Position numbers and translations under genes: made by a program. Source: Niabella sp. (GTDB taxonomy: Bacteria > Bacteroidota > Bacteroidia > Chitinophagales > Chitinophagaceae). From it: DNA of 64,000 nucleotides. Shown here one piece after another: positions 56,431 through 64,000 of this stretch (within the stretch, counting starts at the first letter, position 1; each line of letters starts with the position of its first letter). The stretch is taken from the NCBI GenBank assembly GCA_047975735.1, contig JBKEEB010000016.1:32123-96122 (forward strand), in the 5' to 3' direction. The notes below the pieces were generated by a model. That model ran no database searches. It saw only the letters and a list, made by a program, of their open reading frames with translations, and was not told where the DNA came from.

Positions 56431-57221
56431 ATGTCCAAAATATTGATACACCTATTTATGAAACTACTTAGCACATTTATATTAATAACAGCTATAACTA
56501 CCTGTAAAGTTTCAATTGCACAAAACAACAATATTGGCAAAGCCTTCTATAAAATTACTTTCAGATCGGAGGCCGGCACCGAAATTTTACAAGGAGACTT
56601 ATCATTCAATATTGAAAAATCTGTTTTTGTCTATGATAAAAACACCTATATCCCTCCCCATACAGATACTATTTCCAGAACAGGAGAAAGGTCTATAACA
56701 GTAATGAGCAAGGGAAAAGTAGGAGATGGCATAGGTAAAATAATTTACACAGATTTTAAAACCTCGCAACAGATTTCCAGAGATAAAATTGCTAATAAAG
56801 CATTTATTATACAGGACTCCATTGTACATCCGGATTGGGAAATAGGAGATCAAAGAAAAAAATTGGCGACCTAAATTGTCAAAACGCATTTACTAATTAT
56901 TATGGAAGACGATATGAAGCATGGTTCACTACGGAGATACCTATTGGTGTTGGCCCGTGGAAATTAAACGGATTACCGGGGCTGATTGTTGAGGCATCCT
57001 CAACTGACAGTTTAGTGATTTTTAAAATGGAAAGTTTCAAAGCTTCCAATACCACCGATACGGAAATAGCTGCACCAACAGATGGAGAAAAAATATCAGG
57101 CGGATATATTAGTTTTAGAAAAAAACAGGTACAAAGTTTGATAAATGAGTCCGCAAAGCCAGGAGTAAAGATAACTGTTGGCGAGGTATCTGTTCGAAGA
57201 TTTGAAAAAACAGCTGAATAG
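56431..57221 (+). pseudogene. GLPGLI family paralog split by a -1 frameshift in an A7 tract
   Basis: The ORFs 56431-56874 and 56835-57221 are collinear with the upstream paralog. Adding one A to the A7 run (56856-56862) restores 'WEIGDQRKKIGDLNCQNAFTNYYGRRYEAWF...WKLNGLPGLIVEA', which aligns without gaps to 'WNIGTDVRNIGNYKCQNAFTTYYGREYEVWF'. Confidence 0.8.
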
Positions 57222-57250
57222 AAATTTAATATTTTGTAAGTTTTACTAAA

Positions 57251-59938
57251 TTGTCTAATCATTCGAATTTGAAACAACTTGTAACTTTTATACTTTTAGT
57301 TATTCCCATTTGTGGAACTTATGCACAACCCTTTAACTTAAAAGGAAAAGTTGAAAGCTATAACAAAGAGCCGCTACAATCCAATATCATTGTTTATACT
57401 ATCGACAGCCTGATAATTGCTTATACTCAAACTGATAAAAATGGCTATTTTACAATTGAGACCAAAGCAACACTACCCTTTATTTTAAGTGCTACTGCAT
57501 TGGGTTATGAACAACAGTACATTACAATAAAAGACAGTGCAGCACTACGAGAACCCATCCAATTCAAATTGTTTCAAAAGGAACAAATGCTGGAAAACGT
57601 AATTATACAAAATAATCCAAAAATAAGAGTCAGCGGAGATACAACCAGCTATAACCTTTCCTCATTTACTTTGGGAAATGAAAAAGCACTTGAAGATGCA
57701 CTTGCCAAATTACCGGGGTTTAATGTCAATGAAAACGGCAGAATTTCTGTTAATGGCAGGTCTATACAAAAAATTCTTATTGAAGGCGATGATCTTGTTA
57801 ATAACAACTATACATTACTTTCAAAAAACATGTCGCCGGATATGATCTCACAGGTGCAGGTGTTGGATAAATATCAGGATGACCCCATGATGAAAAATGT
57901 TGAAAAAACAGATGACGTAGCATTAAACCTCACTTTTAAGAAAGAATTTAAAAAAATGTTTTTTGGCGATGCAACAATAGAAGCCGGACCAGACAAAAGG
58001 CATAACGCAATTGTAAATGGCATGTTGCTTACAAAAGCAACCAAAGCTTATTTGTTAGTAAACAGTAATAATGTTGGCAAACAGGCCGATTTCATTAATA
58101 ATAAACATATTGTTCCTAAAACCACCTTAGCCATTCCCTATGAACCATTGCAGGAAAGTAGTGAGTTAACCAACATTGCTCCAGGCAATATACCCCTTGT
58201 AGAAAATAAGCGCAGCTTTTTTAACAATACCAGAACCGCTTCTTTAAATCTGCTTCACAAAAAAGGCGATAAGCTGAGCGTAAAGCTAAACACCAGTTTA
58301 TTATCGGATAATAATAAATTGCAAAAGCAACAAGCCACAACTTATTTTATCAGTACTGATACAATTCGCTACATGGAGAAAAACAACTGGCAACAAAAAC
58401 CTCTTTTATTAGAGGGAACATTGGATATTGATTATCATTTTTCTAAAAAATCTAGACTATCCTACACTTTTACAGGCAACAGTGAAAATAACCGGGAAAC
58501 ATCTTTTTTGCTTTTTAATTCAGATACGGTAAGACAATATTTGAAAACAAGATCATTTCTTGCTGAAAATCACTTAAACTACACTTTGGCTATAAATGAA
58601 AAAAGTGTATTTGTAGTTGATGCTATTCAATTTAACACGAATAAACCTCAGGAGTTTTCCGTTTCAGGCTATGACTATAGTATGATTTTTAATCAATCTA
58701 ACACCTATCAGCTTTACCAGTATGCCGATAACCCTGTAAATTACATTGGGGGACAAGCCCGCTATTACTCATCATGGAAAGACGCTAGACTTATATTAAA
58801 TACGGGTTATGACAGATATAAACAAAACATAACATCAAATTACGAAAACGTTAAAACAGTTGAGCAGCAGCCATCTTTAAAAAATAATCTTGAAAGCATC
58901 AATGAAAATATATACGTCAGAGCTGACTATAACAAAGTTTTTATAAGAAGAATAGATGCTACTATTCGCATAGGGTTATATAAAACACATATGTATAATG
59001 CATTTTACAACAATAAAAGTACACAAAATGAAAACAATATTTTTTTAGCTCCTGATATTACTATAAGATATTTACTTAAAACAAAAAACAGGTTTACATT
59101 TAGTTACAGCTATAACAACAAATATCCCGACGCCACAAAACTTTTTGACTCATTGATTTTTTCGGGATACAGAAATGCAAGAAGGTATAACTACAATAAT
59201 AATATTCAAACTGAAAATAAATTTTCTTTAGGATACAGATATACAGACTCCTACAATCAGTTTTCAGCATTTGCAACCGGATTCTTTTCTCACATCTCCA
59301 ATAATTATACTGATAGCTCACATATAAACAACCTGTTTACTATTAGCACAAAATATAACGTCCCGAAAGGCAATAAAATATCCGGAATAATTTTGGGCTT
59401 CAGTAAATTTATACGTCCACTCTCCGGCACATTTAAGTTAAACGGGAATGCCATCAACAACAGGTTTATAAATAATATAAACACATCCGCAGACAGGCAA
59501 ATAAATAATTGGACTTTAGGCACTAAAGCTTCTTATACAAGCGGTTTTAGCGGTTTCTTTAACATTAACTCCAGTTACCAGTTTAATAGTATTTATAATT
59601 CAATAATCAATTCAAATTATAAAAGTAATATAACCAGTTATTCAACCCGCTTATCTATCTTAACAGATTTTCAAATTTCAAAAAATTATTTTCTCCAATT
59701 ATCAGGCAATCGTTTCAGGTGGACATCAGAAGGCATAAAGCAAAAATCTGTACCGTTTTTTGATGCAGCTTTTTTGGGCAAAATACCAAGCAGAAATATA
59801 ACAATCACCGCTACTTTACAAAATATTTTGAATGTAAAAACTTTCTATTTTAATAACTCCTCTGATTATATGCTGAGTACAGTTGAATACAATGTTCTCC
59901 CTCGAATGATTTACATGGGGGTTAAATTCAAATTTTGA
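57251..59938 (+). CDS. outer-membrane beta-barrel / TonB-dependent-receptor-like protein with a CarboxypepD_reg-like N-terminus
   Basis: 895 aa. 'LKGKVESYNKEPLQSNIIVYT...DKNGYFTIE', a plug-like 'LEDALAKLPGFNVNENGRISVNGRSIQKILIEGDDL', and a C-terminal 'YMGVKFKF'. The start is a TTG at 57251 or 57269. Confidence 0.75.
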   Translation: MSNHSNLKQLVTFILLVIPICGTYAQPFNLKGKVESYNKEPLQSNIIVYTIDSLIIAYTQTDKNGYFTIETKATLPFILSATALGYEQQYITIKDSAALREPIQFKLFQKEQMLENVIIQNNPKIRVSGDTTSYNLSSFTLGNEKALEDALAKLPGFNVNENGRISVNGRSIQKILIEGDDLVNNNYTLLSKNMSPDMISQVQVLDKYQDDPMMKNVEKTDDVALNLTFKKEFKKMFFGDATIEAGPDKRHNAIVNGMLLTKATKAYLLVNSNNVGKQADFINNKHIVPKTTLAIPYEPLQESSELTNIAPGNIPLVENKRSFFNNTRTASLNLLHKKGDKLSVKLNTSLLSDNNKLQKQQATTYFISTDTIRYMEKNNWQQKPLLLEGTLDIDYHFSKKSRLSYTFTGNSENNRETSFLLFNSDTVRQYLKTRSFLAENHLNYTLAINEKSVFVVDAIQFNTNKPQEFSVSGYDYSMIFNQSNTYQLYQYADNPVNYIGGQARYYSSWKDARLILNTGYDRYKQNITSNYENVKTVEQQPSLKNNLESINENIYVRADYNKVFIRRIDATIRIGLYKTHMYNAFYNNKSTQNENNIFLAPDITIRYLLKTKNRFTFSYSYNNKYPDATKLFDSLIFSGYRNARRYNYNNNIQTENKFSLGYRYTDSYNQFSAFATGFFSHISNNYTDSSHINNLFTISTKYNVPKGNKISGIILGFSKFIRPLSGTFKLNGNAINNRFINNINTSADRQINNWTLGTKASYTSGFSGFFNINSSYQFNSIYNSIINSNYKSNITSYSTRLSILTDFQISKNYFLQLSGNRFRWTSEGIKQKSVPFFDAAFLGKIPSRNITITATLQNILNVKTFYFNNSSDYMLSTVEYNVLPRMIYMGVKFKF

Positions 59939-60289
59939 TAAAACAAACCATATTTATAATACTATGCCATATTATTACAAATATTCAATCAATATTTTTA
60001 AATACACCCTTTATATAAATAACATGATACCACATATTCCAAAGCCAAAAGGCAGCCCGATTGCAGCGGCATGATGCAGGAGCCTTGCGACTGCATTATA
60101 CAGCGGAAAGCGGGAACAGTTGCCCGGCCATGCACTTGGCTGAGTGCCCCAAAATGTTATAAAAAATTTAAAAAAAGCTTTCGGCCACCCTTTCACTTAT
60201 TTTTGCGTCTGATTTTTAGCAATAATTTTTTAAAAGACCTGTTTTAGGCTTATTATTTGCGATATTTACGCTTTAAATAATATACGTTT

Positions 60290-61309
60290 ATGATACAAAA
60301 ATTTTTAGTAGCTGTTTTATTTACATTTATTAGCATGGTATCCTTTGCACAGGATGATATTAATTTGCTACGAGAGAATGCACGAAAACTAATGATTGAA
60401 GGCGATATGAGCACTGCTATTAGCACCCTGAATAAGGCATTAGATACCGATACCTCGAATATAGCTGTTAAGAAAGATTTGGCACTGGCTTATTATTACG
60501 ATAAAAATTACAAAAAGGCATTGGCGTTAATTGAGCCTATTGCTAATGGTCCCGATGGCGATGTATCGGCCTACCAATTAAACGGCACCATTTACAAAAC
60601 CATGGGCGAACTAAAAAACGCCGAAAAAACATACCAGCAGGCTTTAAAAGATTTTCCGCGTAGCGGCCCACTATATAGCGAATATGGAGAACTGTTAGAC
60701 ATTACCGAAAAACCTAAAGAGGCTATTGCCATTTGGGAAAAAGGCATGCAGGTAGCCCCATCTTATAGCGGCAATTACTATAATGCTGCCGTATATTACT
60801 ACAAACAACCTTTTGATAAAATTTTTGCCATTATTTACGGCGAGATTTACGCTAATATGGAGAGCCTGAACCCCAAAACCCTTTCGGTAAAACAAATGGT
60901 ATTAAATACCTATAAAGATTTATTTGCCGGCACTACGTTAGAAAACTCCATAAAAGACACTAAGAACAATTTTGCAAAAGCGGTGTTGGAAACATACGCA
61001 AAGCAAACAGGTTTTGCCAATCAGACCTTAACGCCTGAAACACTGGCCATGATACGTACCCGTTTTATACTGGACTGGAATGCAGGTAATACGAAAAAAT
61101 TCCCTTTCAAACTTTTTGATTATCACACACAGTTAATAAAAGACGGACTTTTTGACTCGTACAACCAGTGGATGTTTGGTCCGGTTATAGATCAGGCTGG
61201 TTTTGAAAATTGGGTAGGTTTGCATAAAGAAGATTATAATCGCTTTACAGAATATCACACTTCACGTATTTTTAAAATGCCTCCGGGGCAAACTTATTCC
61301 GTTCAGTAA
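60290..61309 (+). CDS. secreted TPR-repeat protein
   Basis: 339 aa with a signal peptide. The N-terminal half has TPR-like repeats ('AISTLNKALDTD', 'AEKTYQQALKDFP', 'AIAIWEKGMQVAP'). Confidence 0.65.
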   Translation: MIQKFLVAVLFTFISMVSFAQDDINLLRENARKLMIEGDMSTAISTLNKALDTDTSNIAVKKDLALAYYYDKNYKKALALIEPIANGPDGDVSAYQLNGTIYKTMGELKNAEKTYQQALKDFPRSGPLYSEYGELLDITEKPKEAIAIWEKGMQVAPSYSGNYYNAAVYYYKQPFDKIFAIIYGEIYANMESLNPKTLSVKQMVLNTYKDLFAGTTLENSIKDTKNNFAKAVLETYAKQTGFANQTLTPETLAMIRTRFILDWNAGNTKKFPFKLFDYHTQLIKDGLFDSYNQWMFGPVIDQAGFENWVGLHKEDYNRFTEYHTSRIFKMPPGQTYSVQ

Positions 61310-61333
61310 TTTTTATTTTACATACTTATTTTT

Positions 61334-61375
61334 AAGGCTATGGCAATTGTTTTTTTCCCATAGCCTTATTTTTTT
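61334..61375 (+). terminator. intrinsic terminator after the TPR gene
   Basis: aaggctatgg / ccatagcctt (10-bp stem) followed by a-ttttttt. Confidence 0.75.
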
Positions 61376-61416
61376 GATATTTTTAAGTAATTTGTACCAA
61401 ATCAACAGATTCTGCC

Positions 61417-63210
61417 ATGGAATATCCTACTTACAGATTATTCGATTCGCTACAATATCAACGTGAGCATTTCAACAAACCGGATATGATGAATGCTAAA
61501 ATAGACGGAACCTGGGTTTCCTTCAGTACAGAAAAAGTTATTGATACTGTAAATAAATTTTCTGCCGGACTGTTACAATTGGGAATTGGCGGTTATAATT
61601 TTACGGCAGAAAGCAGTGATAAAATTGCCATTATCAGCCAAAACAGACCTGAATGGCTTTTTACCGATTTAGCCGTACAACAAATTGGAGCTATATTAGT
61701 TCCTATATATCCTACTACAAATCCACATGAGTTAGAATTTATTTTAAACGAATCGGAAGCCAAATATATTTTTGTAAGCAATGCAGAGCTGCTTGAAAAA
61801 GTACAACAACTAAACACTCCCTTTTTAAAAGGCATTTATACTTTTGATGAAATAAGTGGTGCCGAACATTACAACAAGGTGCTGGCACTCGCCAATGCTG
61901 AATCATTGACACAAGTAGAAGATGTTAAAAAGCAAATCCCCAATACACATACCGAAACCATCATTTATACATCCGGCACCACCGGTACCCCCAAAGGGGT
62001 GATGCTGAGCCATGAAAATATTGTAAGTAATGTGTTTTTTGCAAAAGCCAGCTTCCCTTTTCCGGATCAACCGGAAACCAAAGTATTAAGTTTTTTGCCG
62101 CTCAATCATATTTTTGAGAAAATGGTAAGCTATATATATCTTTTTAGCGGCATCAGTATTTTTTATGCAGAAAGCTTAGACACCATTGGTGATAATTTAA
62201 AAGAAGTAAAACCTAACGGATTTACCACCGTACCCCGCTTACTTGAGAAAGTATATGAAAAGATTATGAGTAAAGGCGAAGAACTGCGTGGTATTAAAAG
62301 AGCATTGTTCTTTTGGGCAGTAGGTTTAGGCAGAAAATATGACAACATTAAAGACGGAGGCTTTTTTTATAACACCCAATTAAAATTAGCCCGCAAAATT
62401 ATTTTTAGCAAATGGAAAGAAGCCCTAGGCGGCAATATTGAATTTATTATTACCGGAGGAGCAGCTGCATCGGAAAAATTATTACGCATATTTAACGCTG
62501 CCGGCATTCCGGTATATGAAGGATATGGCCCTACTGAACACAGCCCTGTAATATCTGTAAACCGTAAAGAAGCGGGTGGCACTTATTATGGAACGGTAGG
62601 CCCCCCAATAAAAGGCGTTACAGTAAAGCTGGCAGAGGATAACGAAATTTTAGTACAAAGCCCCAGTATGATGCAGGGCTATTACAAACGTCAGGATCTT
62701 ACGGATGAAGTAATTATTGGCGGTTGGCTGCATACCGGCGATATTGGCACCTGGGTGGAGGATAAGTATTTAAAAATAACCGACAGAAAGAAAGAATTAT
62801 TTAAAACCAGCGGCGGAAAATATGTGGCTCCCCAGCCCATTGAAAACAAAATGAAAGAAAGCCGCTATATTGAACAAATTATTGTTGTAGGCAATGATAA
62901 AAAATTTGTGAGTGCATTAATTGTACCCTCTTTTACTACCTTAAAAGACTGGCTGAAGGAGAATCATAAAAATGATATGAGCCACCTTTCTAATAAAGAG
63001 TTGATAGCACTCCCCGAAATAGACCAACTCATTGAATCGGTTATAACACATTATAACAAAAACTTTAATCAGGTAGAACAGGTTAAAAAATTTGTATTAC
63101 TGCCGGACGAATGGAGTGTTGACACAGGCGAAATGACACCCAAACTCAGCTTACGCCGAAAAGTTATTTTGGAAAAATTTAAAGCAGATGTGGATAGGAT
63201 TTACGATTAA
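61417..63210 (+). CDS. AMP-dependent long-chain fatty acid-CoA ligase
   Basis: 597 aa; AMP-binding signature 'IIYTSGTTGTPKGVMLSH', 'GYGPTE' and 'TGDIG...ITDRKKELFKTSGGKYVAPQ'. Confidence 0.88.
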   Translation: MEYPTYRLFDSLQYQREHFNKPDMMNAKIDGTWVSFSTEKVIDTVNKFSAGLLQLGIGGYNFTAESSDKIAIISQNRPEWLFTDLAVQQIGAILVPIYPTTNPHELEFILNESEAKYIFVSNAELLEKVQQLNTPFLKGIYTFDEISGAEHYNKVLALANAESLTQVEDVKKQIPNTHTETIIYTSGTTGTPKGVMLSHENIVSNVFFAKASFPFPDQPETKVLSFLPLNHIFEKMVSYIYLFSGISIFYAESLDTIGDNLKEVKPNGFTTVPRLLEKVYEKIMSKGEELRGIKRALFFWAVGLGRKYDNIKDGGFFYNTQLKLARKIIFSKWKEALGGNIEFIITGGAAASEKLLRIFNAAGIPVYEGYGPTEHSPVISVNRKEAGGTYYGTVGPPIKGVTVKLAEDNEILVQSPSMMQGYYKRQDLTDEVIIGGWLHTGDIGTWVEDKYLKITDRKKELFKTSGGKYVAPQPIENKMKESRYIEQIIVVGNDKKFVSALIVPSFTTLKDWLKENHKNDMSHLSNKELIALPEIDQLIESVITHYNKNFNQVEQVKKFVLLPDEWSVDTGEMTPKLSLRRKVILEKFKADVDRIYD

Positions 63211-63449
63211 GTATAAACTTGCAATATGGCCAAATTATAACTTATAGCCAGCATTTGTCAAAAAACACTTGTATATTAACGAGCATTTTGGATGTTATTT
63301 AACCATAAAATATTTTAACTGCACGTTATACGCTTCAACGCACAGGTTTCAAATGAATCAGCCGCAGGGGCGGATTGACATGACGATGTAATGTATTAAT
63401 CTCAAAACTCACATTAAACTTAAAAAGAAACATCTGGCAAATACCTAAA

Positions 63450-64000
63450 TTATGAAGAAGTTTTAGCGTCGGTATTATTGATAAAACTGACAATATCTTC
63501 CTCATTAATATCATACATACATTTAAAATGCCCCTTCGGACATTTGGCCAACCCGTATTTAGAACAAGGTCTGCAAGCAATATTCACATCGGCAATCAAA
63601 CTACGACTCAACTTATATGGTTGCACACCCAAAAGCTCCGGCACCGTACTTCCCCAAATAGAAGCAATAGGTTTATTAAAAGCTTCTGCAATATGCGTAA
63701 GCCCGGTATCAAAGCCAATTACATTTTCTGCCTGCGAAACAATGAATACCGATTCATCCAAACCAGTTTTTCCACAAGCGTTATACACATTACTACCCAA
63801 TGCAAGAGCAACGGTATTACCATTTTCAGCCACATCCTCCCCGCCCAGTAACACAACCGGCATCTGAAGTTTTCGGCAAATCGCAATCACTTTTTCATTA
63901 GGCATGCGTTTGGTAAAATGTGCAGCACCAATAACAAAAGCGGTAAATCCCATTTGATGCGTACTGGGCAACAGTTCACTTAACTGATAGTTATTTTTGA
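63450..64000 (-). CDS. glycosyltransferase family 9 (heptosyltransferase-like), 5'-truncated by the window edge
   Basis: C-terminal GT9 pattern 'VVLLGGEDV...NACGKTGLDES...VIGFDTGLTHIAEAF...PIASIWGST'. The ORF runs off the right end of the window. Confidence 0.75.
   Translation of the reverse strand, partial: KNNYQLSELLPSTHQMGFTAFVIGAAHFTKRMPNEKVIAICRKLQMPVVLLGGEDVAENGNTVALALGSNVYNACGKTGLDESVFIVSQAENVIGFDTGLTHIAEAFNKPIASIWGSTVPELLGVQPYKLSRSLIADVNIACRPCSKYGLAKCPKGHFKCMYDINEEDIVSFINNTDAKTSS

Noticed and set aside
60011-60196. A 61-aa minus-strand ORF in the 59.9-60.3 kb spacer.
   Set aside because: It has no signal peptide, no motif and odd composition, and it overlaps the GC-rich island that is more plausibly RNA or a relic. 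It is kept only as part of the finding on that island.
1-64000. Alternative genetic code (TGA or TAA reassigned) as an explanation for the in-frame stops in rpoA and the TlpA-like gene.
   Set aside because: About 55 other long genes in the window terminate normally and contain no internal TGA or TAA. Isolated events fit mutation or error, not code change.
1-64000. CRISPR arrays, tRNA or rRNA genes, transposases, integrases, and classical defence genes (restriction-modification, toxin-antitoxin, nucleases or helicases).
   Set aside because: I found no regularly spaced direct repeats, no tRNA-like T-arm motifs and no ORFs with transposase, integrase or defence-type motifs when reading the ORF track and the intergenic regions.

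Overview
This 64-kb chromosomal window is from a Bacteroidota genome. Supporting evidence is a SusC/SusD pair with a FecR anti-sigma factor, GLPGLI-family proteins, carboxypeptidase-regulatory-like outer-membrane proteins, and TAnnTTTG-type -7 promoter boxes; protein similarities look Chitinophagaceae/Sphingobacteriia-like (from memory, not searched). Most of the window is housekeeping: folE, fabD, trpB-trpA, the alpha-operon ribosomal block infA-rpmJ-rpsM-rpsK-rpsD-rpoA-rplQ, rpe, phoH, crcB, ppa, proS, leuA-leuB, ilvD-ilvB-ilvN-ilvC, a fused E1 alpha/beta dehydrogenase and an acyl-CoA ligase. Three visibly more AT-rich accessory patches interrupt it: (i) a decayed class-II bacteriocin locus at 1.7-3.7 kb; (ii) a polysaccharide-utilisation-type locus at 9-20 kb with metallophosphoesterase, GH5, SusD, SusC, FecR and GH127-like genes; (iii) a module at 55.2-59.9 kb with a small secreted peptide, two GLPGLI proteins and an outer-membrane receptor. 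The main observations are listed here. (1) A 32-codon Ile/Val-rich leader ORF plus an intrinsic terminator sits in front of ilvD, nested in a 12-bp perfect inverted repeat; it is a candidate attenuator. (2) The ilv operon carries two small passenger genes, one ORF6N-like and one four-helix-bundle/23S-IVS-like. (3) Five reading frames are disrupted, including an in-frame TAA in essential rpoA, an in-frame TGA in a TlpA-like gene, a SusC frameshift, an A7-tract frameshift in a GLPGLI paralog, and a deletion-fused ABC ATPase remnant. (4) C9/G9 homopolymer tracts lie upstream of both small secreted-peptide genes. (5) The ribosomal-operon spacers are unusually long and filled with repeats and hairpins. 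(6) One lipoprotein has an extreme Trp/Tyr/Gly low-complexity domain. I found no rRNA, tRNA, CRISPR array, transposase or integrase. No obvious multi-gene defence or novel enzymatic system could be supported from sequence alone. All family assignments rest on motif recognition, not database searches.
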